The notes: generated from the letters alone by a model not told the origin. 53,081 bases of DNA from Rickettsia typhi (GCA_945875925.1 CAMCME010000004.1:1-53081), one strand, 5' to 3'. Positions 30,192-43,276 are shown, counted from the stretch's first letter. Made by a program: numbers and translations.

Positions 30192-32855
30192 ATGACTAAA
30201 GAATTTATCAAAAGTTCGGCACTTAAAGTTGGTGCAAAAGAATATAAAATTTTCTTGCTTGAAGAAGCCGCAAAAAAGGTTGGCAAAGATATTTCAAAAC
30301 TTCCTTACAGTTTAAAAATTCTCTTAGAAAATTTGGTGAGAAATTTTGATGGTGATGTTGTTAATGAAGAGCATATTTCTAGCTTGATTGAATCAGTAAA
30401 AAACCCAGAAAAAAGAATTGAAATTGCTTACATTCCAGCGCGCGTTTTGATGCAAGATTTTACTGGAGTTCCTGCAGTTGTAGATTTAGCGGCGATGCGT
30501 GACGCAGTTGCAAAAATGAATAAAGATCCGAAAAAAATTAATCCTCTTGTTCCAGTTGATTTAGTAATTGATCATTCAGTGCAAGTTGATTTCGCTGGCT
30601 CTGCTTCAGCTTTCAGAAAGAATGTTGATTTAGAAATGGAGCGTAATAACGAACGCTATGAATTTTTAAAATGGGCACAAAAATCTTTTAATAATTTCCG
30701 CGTTGTGCCACCAGGAACTGGTATTTGCCACCAAGTGAATTTAGAAAATTTAGCGCAAGTGGTTTGGACCAAAGAATTTAACGGAGAGACTATAGCTTAT
30801 CCTGACACTGTTGTGGGGACAGATTCTCACACTACAATGATAAATGGTTTGGCCGTTTTAGGTTGGGGTGTTGGTGGAATTGAAGCTGAAGCAGCAATGC
30901 TTGGACAACCAATCTCAATGTTAATTCCTGAAGTTATTGGTTTTAAATTAACCGGAAAATTACAAGAAGGAATTACTGCTACAGACTTGGTTTTAGCTGT
31001 AACACAGACTCTTCGTAAAAAAGGTGTGGTTGGAAAATTTGTCGAATTTTTTGGCCCAGCTCTTTCTTATCTTTCTTTGGCAGACCGCGCTACTATTGCT
31101 AATATGGCTCCTGAATATGGCGCAACTTGTGGTATTTTTCCAATTGATAGCGAAACAATTAGCTACTTGAACCTTACGGGCAGAAGCATGAAGACTATTG
31201 AATTAGTTGAAGCTTATGCAAGAGCGCAAAATATGTTCTGCGAAAATTATGATGCGACTCCAGATTTTAGTGAAGTCTTGGAGCTAGATATTTCAAGCGT
31301 TGTGCCAAGTTTAGCTGGCCCAAAAAGACCACAAGATCGTGTGACTTTGCCAGAAGTTAATGTGTCTTTTGAAAAACTTTTCTCGGAAGTTGGTGGAAAT
31401 ACTGATAAAAAACGCATCACAATTTCAGAATTAAATACTGATTTTGGTGATGGCGATGTTGCAATTGCGGCGATCACTTCTTGTACAAATACTTCTAATC
31501 CTTCGGTGTTGATTGCAGCTGGTCTGCTGGCTAGAAAAGCTGTGGCCAAGGGTTTGAAAGTTAAGAGTTTTGTAAAAACTTCTTTGGCCCCTGGGTCACA
31601 AGTTGTTAGTGAATATTTGTTAAAATCAGGCTTACAAACCGATTTAGACAAGCTTGGTTTTAATGTGATTGGTTATGGTTGCACAACTTGTATAGGCAAC
31701 TCTGGACCGCTTCACCCAAAATTAGAAGAAGTTATTAAATCTAAAAATATTTTGGTTTCTTCAGTAATTTCAGGAAATCGTAATTTTGAAGGTCGTGTTC
31801 ATCCATTGGTGAAAGCGAATTATTTAGGTTCACCTCCATTGGTTGTGGCTTACGCTTTGGCGGGCACCGTTAAAATTAATTTAGCGACTGATTCTTTAGG
31901 ACATGATAATTTGGGCCATGAAGTTTTCTTAAAAGATATTTGGCCAAGCAAGGCAGAAATTGACGCGGTGATTAAAGAAAATATTACTCGCAAAGTTTTT
32001 GAGAAAAAATATTCTGATCTATTCAAGGGTGACAAGGCTTGGCAAGAAATTTCAGTTGAACAATCTGACACTTATAATTGGAATTTAAATAGTACTTACA
32101 TTCGTTTGCCGAATTTCTTTGATGATCTAAATCGCGCTAATGCGGTGGAAATTAAGGGCGCAAAAGTTTTGGGATTATTTGGTGATTCAATTACTACAGA
32201 TCACATTTCTCCGGCAGGAAACATTTCTAATTCATCTCCAGCTGCGTTATATTTGAAAGAAAAATCAGTTGATCAAAAAGACTTCAACTCTTATGGCGCC
32301 AGACGGGGAAATCATGAAGTGATGATGCGCGGAACTTTAGCAAATATTCGTATCAAGAATGAAATTCTGGATGGTAAAGAAGGCGGCTTCACTAAGATTT
32401 TTGAAAAAAATGGTGAAGTAGTTTCGATCTATGACGCAGCAATGTTCTATAAAGAAAAAAACACTCCATTAGTAATTTTTGCTGGTAAAGAATATGGCAC
32501 GGGGTCTTCTCGTGACTGGGCTGCTAAAGGTACATTCTTACTTGGAGTGAAAGCTGTTATTGCCGAAAGTTTTGAAAGAATTCACCGTTCAAACTTAATT
32601 GGAATGGGCGTGATGCCTTTGATTTTCAAGGGTCAGCAAAATCGTAAAACTTTAAAACTTACTGGAAATGAAACTGTTGATATCTTGGGAATCAAACCTA
32701 AGATCACACCGAAACAAGATTTGCAATGTATCATCACTAGACTTGATGGCTCTAAAGAGGAAATCACATTAATTTGCGGTCTCGACACTAGTAACGAGGT
32801 TGAATATTTTAATCGCGGTGGGATCTTACAATTTGTTATGAACCAAATTTGTTAA
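30192..32855 (+). CDS. acnA: Aconitate hydratase A
   Basis: QDFTGVP, DSHT, SCTNTSN, GCTTCIGN, TTDHISP, GSSRDWAAKG. Confidence 0.97.
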   Translation: MTKEFIKSSALKVGAKEYKIFLLEEAAKKVGKDISKLPYSLKILLENLVRNFDGDVVNEEHISSLIESVKNPEKRIEIAYIPARVLMQDFTGVPAVVDLAAMRDAVAKMNKDPKKINPLVPVDLVIDHSVQVDFAGSASAFRKNVDLEMERNNERYEFLKWAQKSFNNFRVVPPGTGICHQVNLENLAQVVWTKEFNGETIAYPDTVVGTDSHTTMINGLAVLGWGVGGIEAEAAMLGQPISMLIPEVIGFKLTGKLQEGITATDLVLAVTQTLRKKGVVGKFVEFFGPALSYLSLADRATIANMAPEYGATCGIFPIDSETISYLNLTGRSMKTIELVEAYARAQNMFCENYDATPDFSEVLELDISSVVPSLAGPKRPQDRVTLPEVNVSFEKLFSEVGGNTDKKRITISELNTDFGDGDVAIAAITSCTNTSNPSVLIAAGLLARKAVAKGLKVKSFVKTSLAPGSQVVSEYLLKSGLQTDLDKLGFNVIGYGCTTCIGNSGPLHPKLEEVIKSKNILVSSVISGNRNFEGRVHPLVKANYLGSPPLVVAYALAGTVKINLATDSLGHDNLGHEVFLKDIWPSKAEIDAVIKENITRKVFEKKYSDLFKGDKAWQEISVEQSDTYNWNLNSTYIRLPNFFDDLNRANAVEIKGAKVLGLFGDSITTDHISPAGNISNSSPAALYLKEKSVDQKDFNSYGARRGNHEVMMRGTLANIRIKNEILDGKEGGFTKIFEKNGEVVSIYDAAMFYKEKNTPLVIFAGKEYGTGSSRDWAAKGTFLLGVKAVIAESFERIHRSNLIGMGVMPLIFKGQQNRKTLKLTGNETVDILGIKPKITPKQDLQCIITRLDGSKEEITLICGLDTSNEVEYFNRGGILQFVMNQIC

Positions 32856-32860
32856 ATATT

Positions 32861-33478
32861 ATGCAAATCAAAGTAACAGGCGCGAACATCGACATCGGTC
32901 AATCATTGACTCAATATGTTGAAGAAAATTTGGCGAAAGCTGTAACCAAATATTTTGAAAATGCGATTAATTCTGTAGTGCATTTTTCAAAAAATAATCA
33001 CACATTTAAAGTTGTGATTACTGTTAATGAAGGAGTTAAAGGCGGCATTAATGTTAAGAGTGACGCTGAAGCTGGCGATGTTTATGGTTGCTTTAATGAG
33101 GCCACTGAAAAATGTGTAAAACAGCTTAGAAGATATAAAGGAAGAATTAAAAATTATCGTCACCAAGGTGGTGGATTAAAATCTGTAGAGCCAAATTATA
33201 AAGCTCTTGATGCTATGAAATATATATTACCACCAACTTCTTACAATATCTTTGAAGATATGGAAAGTGATGAGTCGGATGTTTTAGAAAATAATTCTTT
33301 GAAAGTGATTGATGAAAAAAGCACTGATATTGAAGAATTAAGTGTTGAAGAAGCGATCATGAAAATGGATTTACAAAACCTTCCAGCTCTTGTTTTTATT
33401 AATAATAAGAACAAAAGATTGAATGTGGTGTATCACAGAAAAGATGGTAATATTTCTTGGATTGATCCGAGAGTTTAA
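32861..33478 (+). CDS. hpf: Ribosome hibernation promoting factor (long HPF/RaiA)
   Basis: MQIKVTG.NIDIG, KQLRRYK, EEAIMKMDL, VVY.RKDG.I. Confidence 0.92.
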   Translation: MQIKVTGANIDIGQSLTQYVEENLAKAVTKYFENAINSVVHFSKNNHTFKVVITVNEGVKGGINVKSDAEAGDVYGCFNEATEKCVKQLRRYKGRIKNYRHQGGGLKSVEPNYKALDAMKYILPPTSYNIFEDMESDESDVLENNSLKVIDEKSTDIEELSVEEAIMKMDLQNLPALVFINNKNKRLNVVYHRKDGNISWIDPRV

Positions 33479-33490
33479 CTAGATTTTGCT

Positions 33491-33519
33491 TGAGATCCTG
33501 AAAAAAGTTCAGGATGACG
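33491..33519. repeat. Half copy of the gtcat...atgac REP-like family
   Basis: gagatcctgaa...ttcaggatgacg. Confidence 0.55.
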
Positions 33520-33585
33520 GAGTTAGAAATAAGAATAGTTAAAAATATTAAAATTTAAATCAGACCAAAGGGGGTAAAGTTAGAG

Positions 33586-33783
33586 ATGCAAGTAGCAATA
33601 ACTGGGAAAGGCAATTTAGAATTGGCTATCAGATCTTTCAGAAAAAAAACTCAGAAAGAAGGAATTATCAAAGAAGCTAGAAGAAGAAAAGCTTATGAAA
33701 AACCTTCTGAAGAGAAAAAAAGAAGAATCGAAGAGAATATTACCCGTAAAAAAAGAAGCAGAAAGGGTGAGTTCGTAAGCTAA
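33586..33783 (+). CDS. rpsU: 30S ribosomal protein S21
   Basis: NLELAIRSFRKK..KEG, YEKPSE. Confidence 0.92.
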   Translation: MQVAITGKGNLELAIRSFRKKTQKEGIIKEARRRKAYEKPSEEKKRRIEENITRKKRSRKGEFVS

Positions 33784-33801
33784 TTTTATTTATTAGTAAA
33801 G

Positions 33802-33842
33802 AAATGGGGGAAGTGGTTTAGGCCGCTTTCCCCATTTTTTTT
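33802..33842 (+). terminator. Intrinsic terminator after rpsU
   Basis: aaatgggggaagtgg...ccgctttccccatt followed by a T run. Confidence 0.85.
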
Positions 33843-33860
33843 GGTGTAGTTTTAATTACT

Positions 33861-34168
33861 CCCTTCCTTTTTAAGGAGGGGCTATACAAAATAAACTATT
33901 TATAGTCCGAACTAACAAAATATTTTTGAGATAAAAATTGTAAAAAATGAAAGTTGTATACTCATACAACTTGAGGTTTTTTGCAATTTTTAGCCAAAAA
34001 GATGAAGTTAGTTTGGATTATAAATACCAAATTTAGAAATAGTTTATTTGGTATAGGGGGTGGTTATTAACGAACTCGAATTAGATCTTTGATTGAATGA
34101 GTTTGAGATTTAATGAAAATTTTACCGTGAGAATGAAACACCCTAACCCCTGCTTAAAAAGGAGGGGC
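33861..34168. repeat. ccctcctt...aaggagggg REP-like inverted pair, interrupted by ERIC-like copy C
   Basis: cccttcctttttaaggaggggc|TA|gggggtggttattaacgaactc matches 9954-9997; inverted partner at 34140-34168. Confidence 0.7.
33885..34053. mobile_element. ERIC-like element, copy C (169 bp, TA duplication)
   Basis: Reverse complement of 49040-49208 with 4 mismatches. Confidence 0.93.
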
Positions 34169-34276
34169 TTTAGAATGAGGTAGTTGCAAAAAACATGATT
34201 TAGATTTGATGATTAAAGAATAGTCGATTAATCTGACTTAATAAATTCCTGTCAAATAAATATTTATTTTCTTCAA

Positions 34277-36280
34277 ATGAAACTCAGTAAAAAAGACCAA
34301 TCATTTCTTTTGTTAGTTGCTGCGATTGTGGTGATTTTTTATAGTATTTACTCGCTATTTTCTTACCTATTTTTTAACGCCACTTTTCACAAATCGGATG
34401 TGAATAAAATATTTGTGCAAGATAAAGCGGTAAAGTCGCAAGAATGGTTGAATGTTTCGCGTCCATTGGTTTTGGATGATGTAAAAGATCGTATTATTTT
34501 GCTCGATTTTTGGACTTATTCTTGTGTGAATTGTGCCAATGTTTTGGCAGAAATTAAAAAATTAGAAGAGCAATTTGGCAGCAAAATTACGGTGATTGGC
34601 GTGCATTCGGGCATGTTTGAAAATGACAAGGATTTGGCGGCAATTAAGAAAGCAATTTTGAAAAATGAAATTGATTATCCAGTGATTAATGATTCGGATT
34701 TAAGAATTTGGAATGAATTTAAGATTACAGCTTGGCCAAGTTTGGTGCTGATTAATCCTCATGGAAATGTAGAAAAAATTTATATTGGCGAAGAAGAATC
34801 GCTGAATGTGAAAGCTGGAATTAAAAAATTAATTTCTAAATTTCAGTTCAATATTAATCGCGAAGAATTGCCGATCGATTTGGAGAAAAATCGCATTACG
34901 GGCAATGTTTTAAGCTTTCCAACCAAGATAGAATATAGCGCCAAGTTTGAATATAAATCTCGTCAAATTCCGGCACTTTTTATCGCTAATAGTGGTAAAA
35001 ATAATATCGTTATTACTTCGCTGACGGGTGAAATAATTTTGAAAATAGGTTCAGAAAAAAAAGGTTTTGAAGACGGAACTTTTGAAAGTGCATCTTTTAA
35101 TTCTCCGCGCGGCATGCTTTATTATAACGATAAATTATTTGTTGCGGATAGCGGCAATAATGCTTTGCGAGAAATAGATTTTAAGACTGGAAAAGTTACA
35201 ACTTTAGTGGGTTCGGGCCAAAAAGGCAAAGTGATGAAAGAGAAAATTGTGGAAGCATCTCACGCCGAATTATCAGCGCCAACCGACATCGAATTTTTCC
35301 CAAATCATGAAAATATTGTGATTGCCAATTCGGGAACTAATCAGCTTTTAAATTACGATATTAAAAATCAGACAGTTGAAATCTTGGCGGGCAATGGTGC
35401 ACAAGGAATTAAAGATGGTATTTATCCAAATAATTCTTTGGCACAAACTTCAGATTTAGCCGTTTATGGTAAACATCTATACTTCCTTGATAGCCAAAGC
35501 AGCGCGCTAAGAGTGATTGATGAAGAAAATAATGTTAAAACTTTGATTGGGTATGCCGCCAAATCTGGTTATAAAAATGGTGATAAAAGTGAGGCTTTGA
35601 TGCAGCATCCATCAGGCTTGATGGTTGATGATACAGGAGCTTACATTTCAGATAGTTTTAATCATGTGATTAGAAAATATGATTTTTCTTCAAGCAAAAT
35701 TAGAAATTTTATTGGTGGCAAAAAAAGAGGTGACGCCATTGGTTCGGAAAGTTCTACCGAGTTTGATGAGCCAGAAGGAATTGTGGCGGTGTTGAATGAA
35801 TTTTACATTGTGGACTCAAATAATAATCGCATTTTATCGGTGAATAGAGGCAACTTAAATTCTGAGCTTTTGGATGTGATGCCACCTTTAAAATTAACCA
35901 AAGAAGGATATTTGCAATATTTGCCAAACCTACAAAGAAGAGAAACTGTGACAGTAGAGGCGGATAAAGAAATTTCTGTGACTATTGATTTAAAAAAAGG
36001 TTGGAAAATTAATGAAGCGGGGCCAAGTTTTATTAATTTAATAGAGCTTACTAAAGACACTCAAGCCGACTTGCTTGCTACTTTTGACTGGAATGTGGTG
36101 AAGGAAAAAAATCTGAAATTGCCGAAATTAAATTCTGGCAAAAATTACACTTTGCAAGGCGTGATTTATTATTGTGAAGATAAGAAAAATGCGCTTTGTT
36201 ATGTGAAAAGTTATGAGCAGAAGTTTGAAGCTAACTCTGGTGAGAAAAAAGATAAGGTGATTATTAAGCTGGATAAATAA
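34277..36280 (+). CDS. Thioredoxin-like + NHL-repeat protein (NHLRC2/SOQ1-like)
   Basis: N-terminal TM; DFWTYSCVNC; VIGVHS; multiple NHL repeats (ADSGNN, SDSFNH, VDSNNN); C-terminal YYC...C. Confidence 0.88.
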   Translation: MKLSKKDQSFLLLVAAIVVIFYSIYSLFSYLFFNATFHKSDVNKIFVQDKAVKSQEWLNVSRPLVLDDVKDRIILLDFWTYSCVNCANVLAEIKKLEEQFGSKITVIGVHSGMFENDKDLAAIKKAILKNEIDYPVINDSDLRIWNEFKITAWPSLVLINPHGNVEKIYIGEEESLNVKAGIKKLISKFQFNINREELPIDLEKNRITGNVLSFPTKIEYSAKFEYKSRQIPALFIANSGKNNIVITSLTGEIILKIGSEKKGFEDGTFESASFNSPRGMLYYNDKLFVADSGNNALREIDFKTGKVTTLVGSGQKGKVMKEKIVEASHAELSAPTDIEFFPNHENIVIANSGTNQLLNYDIKNQTVEILAGNGAQGIKDGIYPNNSLAQTSDLAVYGKHLYFLDSQSSALRVIDEENNVKTLIGYAAKSGYKNGDKSEALMQHPSGLMVDDTGAYISDSFNHVIRKYDFSSSKIRNFIGGKKRGDAIGSESSTEFDEPEGIVAVLNEFYIVDSNNNRILSVNRGNLNSELLDVMPPLKLTKEGYLQYLPNLQRRETVTVEADKEISVTIDLKKGWKINEAGPSFINLIELTKDTQADLLATFDWNVVKEKNLKLPKLNSGKNYTLQGVIYYCEDKKNALCYVKSYEQKFEANSGEKKDKVIIKLDK

Positions 36281-36447
36281 ATTATAAGAAAAAAACCGTT
36301 GGTTTAGACTTCTTTCAACCGAAGGTTTTTTATTTAGAAAACCTCAAAAATCTCTCCAAAAAAAACCATAAAAACGCTTCTTTTTTAAGTTTAGTTTTTT
36401 ATCATATCGTTACATTTCTAAGTCAGAAAAATCGGGCCTCAAATTAA

Positions 36448-38949
<2,502 letters not shown>

Positions 38950-38955
38950 TCTGTT

Positions 38956-39055
38956 CTCGTAATCCTTGGGTGCGAAGCGCCCAACGATCTCAGGAGGTTT
39001 TGGCTGTAAAGTTGAACTCATGAGATCCTCGGCTCTGCGAGCCAAGGATGACGAG
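38956..39055. repeat. gtcat...atgac REP-like branched palindrome
   Basis: ctcgtaatccttgg / ccaaggatgacgag arms; gatctca/tgagatc inner stem. Confidence 0.8.
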
Positions 39056-39109
39056 TATTTTGTGTGACGAAGAATGATGAATTAGATGAAAAATTTTACT
39101 CCTCACTAG

Positions 39110-40258
39110 ATGAAAAACTTCTACTCCCTAGCTTTAAAAAATCTCAAAGAAAAAAATCTCTACCGAAGCCTTGTTAATTCTGATGTTGTTGATGAAACCA
39201 CGATTCAGCGTGGCCAAAAAAAATTCCCTAAAAAATTACTCTCATTTTGTTCGAACGACTATTTCGGACTGTCACAAAATTCTGCGGTAAAAAAATCTGC
39301 GATTGATGCGATCAATAAATACGGTGTTGGAGCTGGTGCTTCAAGGTTTGTTACTGGCAATAATTCTCTGTATAAAAAATTAGAAACACAAATTGCCAAG
39401 ATGAAGAAATGTGACGAGGCGATTGTTTTTGCTTCGGGCTATGTAAGTGCAATTGGTGTGATCCCAGCGCTTGTAGGAGATGGTGATTTGATTGTGGCGG
39501 ATAAGTTGATTCATTCATCTTTGATTGATGGAAGTAAGCTTTCTGGCGCGAAGTTGCTGAGGTTTTTGCATAATGATGTGGCTGCTGCGAGGAAGATTTT
39601 AGAAGAAAACCGCGGTAAGTTTAATAAATGTTTAATCATTACTGAGACGGTGTTTTCGATGGATGGAGACTTGGGGGAGGTTGAGGAATTGTTGAAATTG
39701 GCTGAAGAGTTTGATGCGATTTTATTGTCGGATGACGCGCATGGTTTGTGGGATCGAGAGAAAAAACAGCTGGCCCCTCGGTTTTATAGTTTTGAATCCA
39801 ATAGACATCTCCAACTTGGAACTCTCTCCAAAGCGATTGGGGCTCTTGGGGGTTATGCGGCGGGGGATAAAATTCTTATTGATTATTTACGCAACTTTGC
39901 AAAGTCTGGCATTTATTCTACAGCTCTTCCGCCATCTATTCTCGGGGCTTCTCTCACTTCATTAAAAATAATTGAGAAAAAAAACTTAGGAAAAATCGCA
40001 CTAGAAAACGCAGCTTATTTTTGTGAATTGATGAATCTTCCAGCACCACAATCTGCAATTGTGCCAATTATTATTGGCGAAAATAAAAAGACTTTAGAAA
40101 TTGCTAAACAAGTTTTGAATCAAGGAATTTTAATTTCGGCAATTCGTCCACCAACTGTAGAAGTTGGCAAAGCAAGGCTGCGTATTACTTTTTCAAGTCA
40201 GCATAAAAAATCACAAATCAAAAAATTGGCAGAAATACTCTGGATATATTTTGAGTAA
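39110..40258 (+). CDS. bioF: 8-amino-7-oxononanoate synthase
   Basis: SNDYFGL, VFSMDGD, DDAHG, GTLSKA, AIRPPTV. Confidence 0.92.
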   Translation: MKNFYSLALKNLKEKNLYRSLVNSDVVDETTIQRGQKKFPKKLLSFCSNDYFGLSQNSAVKKSAIDAINKYGVGAGASRFVTGNNSLYKKLETQIAKMKKCDEAIVFASGYVSAIGVIPALVGDGDLIVADKLIHSSLIDGSKLSGAKLLRFLHNDVAAARKILEENRGKFNKCLIITETVFSMDGDLGEVEELLKLAEEFDAILLSDDAHGLWDREKKQLAPRFYSFESNRHLQLGTLSKAIGALGGYAAGDKILIDYLRNFAKSGIYSTALPPSILGASLTSLKIIEKKNLGKIALENAAYFCELMNLPAPQSAIVPIIIGENKKTLEIAKQVLNQGILISAIRPPTVEVGKARLRITFSSQHKKSQIKKLAEILWIYFE

Positions 40259-40398
40259 TTTTGTCAAAAAATAAGCAAAAACAGGGCTAAAATACGGTAT
40301 AAAAATAATTAGCTAATAGTAAGTATCTAATTTGTGCTTTAAAAATAAAAACACAAAATGCCCTACGGAAAAATTTAAAAGCACAAGCAACTAAAAAA

Positions 40399-42270
40399 GT
40401 GAAATCAAAAAATTCTCAAACCAATTCAATTAAAGAAAATCTAGTCACAACTCTACGCGCCATTGTGGCAGATGAGCATGTGCAAATAGAATATGAAGAT
40501 GATTTGAAGAATAATTTTTTCGCGTGGAATCAGGATTTGGTGTTTGATAAAGGCAATGTTGTTTTACCGCAAATCATTAACCGTCGGTTGAGCGGAGTCG
40601 AAACCAACGGAAGGTTCCTGCCGGAGAGTTTAGAAACTTTACAGCAAGAACTTTACGTTGGTTTCGACTCCGCTCAACCGACGGTTTTTAGCTATAGAGC
40701 CGCATCTGACCTTGCTTCTTGCTACCTTCTTCACCACGACAAAGAAACTCATCAAGAAATAAATCATGAAGCCGAAGAACAAAAATTCTTCAACGACTTC
40801 GAAAAAATCCGCGTAATTTCTCAAGTCAAAAATTCTTATTTAGGTGTGGTAAAAAATATTTTAGCCAAGATTGAAGAAGATATTTACAGCTCGTCAAACA
40901 ACCTTTCTTTGATTTTGCTTAAAGAAATTTTCCCACAAAATATTTTGCCAAGAACAAAAGAAGCGGCGGAAGATTTAGAGAAAAATCTGAATAAAAAAAT
41001 TCTTCAAGAAATCAAAAATCTTATCAAAAAAACTAACGACCAATCTGCATTCGCTTCAGCTGTGGATAAGATTTTGGAGATGTTGAAAAACCAAGAAAAT
41101 TCTGATGAAAAAGAAGGTGAAGAAGAAAATTTTGAAGGCAAAAGTCAAAAATCAAAAAATGATTTAAGCAGTTTCGGCCAAGAAAATACTCCCGCAAAAG
41201 AAGAAGAAAATTTAAGCCCAAATGATGTGGAAGAGGGTAGTCGTGAAATTGAAAAACAGGCGGAGATTTCTGATTTAGTTGAAGATGATAAAAAAAGTGA
41301 AGTGATGGTGAAGCTAGATAAATCAGGCGAGACGGAAGATAAAATTGAATTCAAAAATGCTTATAAAATTTTTACCAGCAAATTTGATGAAGTGGTTTTT
41401 CCCCAAAAATTAATCAGCAAAAATGAGTTAGAACTTTTGCGCGATCAACTCGATTTAAAACTTTCTAAGCTTGATGCAATTTCAAAAAAAATGACTTTGA
41501 AATTGAAAAGAAAATTGCTGGCCAAAAAAAATTCTTTTTTAGAGCGCAACAGCAGCAGCGGAGTTTTGGACAGAAAAAAACTTACGCAATTTGTGCTCGA
41601 TCCTTTTATGGAAGAGATTTGGACTAATAATCGCGAAAGCGAATATCAAAATACTTGTCTAACAATTTTGCTCGATAATTCTGGTTCAATGCGCGGAAAT
41701 CCAATTGTGATGAGTGCAATGGCCTGCGAAATAATTGCTGAAATTTTAGAAAAATTTTCGGTTAAAACTGAAATTATTGGATTCACCACGGCTGATTGGA
41801 AAGGTGGCAAGGCCCGCAAAATGTGGGAATTGGAGGGTCGCAAGAAAAATCCTGGTCGATTAAATGAACTGCGTCACATCATTTACAAACATTTTAATCA
41901 GAATTTTAAGAAGGCCAAAGTGAATTTGGGATTGATGTTGAAAGAAGGGATTTTAAAAGAAAATATCGACGGCGAAGCCTTACTATTTGCCCGCGCCCGC
42001 TTGATGCAGCAAAGTGAGAAAAGAAAAATTTTGATGGTAATTTCTGACGGAATGCCAATTGATGATTCAACAAATTCGGCCAATGACAACGATATTTTAA
42101 CTGATCATTTAATTCATGTGATTCAAAAAATCGAAAAACAATCTGAAATTGAAATTGTTGGAATCGGCATTGGACATGGCACGGAGAGGTTCTACAAAAA
42201 CTCAATCTCGATTAAAAGTTTGGAAGAGCTTGGCGATGTGATGATAGAGAAGATTGTGGATTTGTTGTAG
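40399..42270 (+). CDS. cobT: CobT-like protein (acidic linker + VWA domain)
   Basis: LLDNSGSMRG, GRLNELRHIIYK, LKENIDGEAL, ISDGMPID. Confidence 0.85.
   Translation: MKSKNSQTNSIKENLVTTLRAIVADEHVQIEYEDDLKNNFFAWNQDLVFDKGNVVLPQIINRRLSGVETNGRFLPESLETLQQELYVGFDSAQPTVFSYRAASDLASCYLLHHDKETHQEINHEAEEQKFFNDFEKIRVISQVKNSYLGVVKNILAKIEEDIYSSSNNLSLILLKEIFPQNILPRTKEAAEDLEKNLNKKILQEIKNLIKKTNDQSAFASAVDKILEMLKNQENSDEKEGEEENFEGKSQKSKNDLSSFGQENTPAKEEENLSPNDVEEGSREIEKQAEISDLVEDDKKSEVMVKLDKSGETEDKIEFKNAYKIFTSKFDEVVFPQKLISKNELELLRDQLDLKLSKLDAISKKMTLKLKRKLLAKKNSFLERNSSSGVLDRKKLTQFVLDPFMEEIWTNNRESEYQNTCLTILLDNSGSMRGNPIVMSAMACEIIAEILEKFSVKTEIIGFTTADWKGGKARKMWELEGRKKNPGRLNELRHIIYKHFNQNFKKAKVNLGLMLKEGILKENIDGEALLFARARLMQQSEKRKILMVISDGMPIDDSTNSANDNDILTDHLIHVIQKIEKQSEIEIVGIGIGHGTERFYKNSISIKSLEELGDVMIEKIVDLL
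40579..40686. repeat. 108-bp palindromic element in-frame within cobT
   Basis: 31-bp perfect arms aaccgtcggttgagcggagtcgaaaccaacg / cgttggtttcgactccgctcaaccgacggtt. Confidence 0.92.
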
Positions 42271-42303
42271 AAAAATTCTTGGCCCCGAATCAAAATCAAA
42301 AAA

Positions 42304-42386
42304 AACCGCTGGCTAAGCTTAGTCGAAACCAGCGGAAGGTTCCTGCCGCGTTGTTACTAAGCGGCAAGAACCTTCCGCTGGTTTCG
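42304..42386. repeat. Intergenic copy of the cobT palindrome family
   Basis: agtcgaaaccagcggaaggttcctgccg ... cggcaagaaccttccgctggtttcg. Confidence 0.85.
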
Positions 42387-42403
42387 CCAGCTTTGCTGGA
42401 TGA

Positions 42404-43276
42404 CTACCCCGCTACCCTAATCCCCCATTTCTTACTTAAATAAGCCTCAACCTGTTTTCTTTCTGTATCACTAAGAGCTCGATTGAAGATTATTATTTCT
42501 CCAATGTAGCCATCCCAGTATTGTCCTCCTGAGGACATTTGTCCGACTATGTATCCAGTAGAAAAATTTTTACCATTGTTTTCAGTGGCAGTGCCAACAT
42601 TCACGCCGTTAACATATCCATTGCTTACAGTGCCACTTAAAGTGTTTGATAAAATATACGGAGTATTTGGTGTCAATGTTGCATCTGAACCGAAGGTATT
42701 AGTATTGTTCCAACCGCCGCCATTGCCATAAAAAGCAGCGAATTGTGTATTGCTATCTCCACTTCCAAAAAAGAAATAACCATCATTATAAGAGTTTATA
42801 ATTCTTCTAAAAACCCCATAACTGTTGTTGATGGTTGCAACAGCAAAAATGGACATATTACTTCCCAATCTAAGTATTGTATTAGAAAAATAATCGCCGC
42901 TTCCATCAAATACTAAGGCTGGTAATCCATTGATCGCATTTGCGATTAATGCTGGTTGATTTGCCGCAGTCGGCTGAGAAGCATTACTTCTGGCTGATTT
43001 TTCCGCATCAGGTGTTATGTCATACCAATTATCAACTTTGTTGTCGGTGGCACTTGTGGCATCTACATCTTCATCAAAACTGTCTTCCAAAGTTGTTTCC
43101 AACCATAAAGCAATCCCATCAATTCCTCTAACATTAGAAGTTTGTGTAACTGATCGGGCGGTGCGAACTTTTGCCTCTGTAACAATATCTTTTGAAGCAA
43201 TAATACCCGCCATCACAATGCCAAGTATCACAATCACAATTACAATTTCGGTTAAAGAGAATGCTGATTTTTTCAT
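42404..43276 (-). CDS. Prepilin-type N-terminal protein with LamG-like jellyroll domain
   Basis: MKKSA|FSLTE plus hydrophobic helix; WYDITP; GYIGEIIIFNRALS..ER..VE.YL..KWGI. Confidence 0.8.
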   Translation of the reverse strand: MKKSAFSLTEIVIVIVILGIVMAGIIASKDIVTEAKVRTARSVTQTSNVRGIDGIALWLETTLEDSFDEDVDATSATDNKVDNWYDITPDAEKSARSNASQPTAANQPALIANAINGLPALVFDGSGDYFSNTILRLGSNMSIFAVATINNSYGVFRRIINSYNDGYFFFGSGDSNTQFAAFYGNGGGWNNTNTFGSDATLTPNTPYILSNTLSGTVSNGYVNGVNVGTATENNGKNFSTGYIVGQMSSGGQYWDGYIGEIIIFNRALSDTERKQVEAYLSKKWGIRVAG

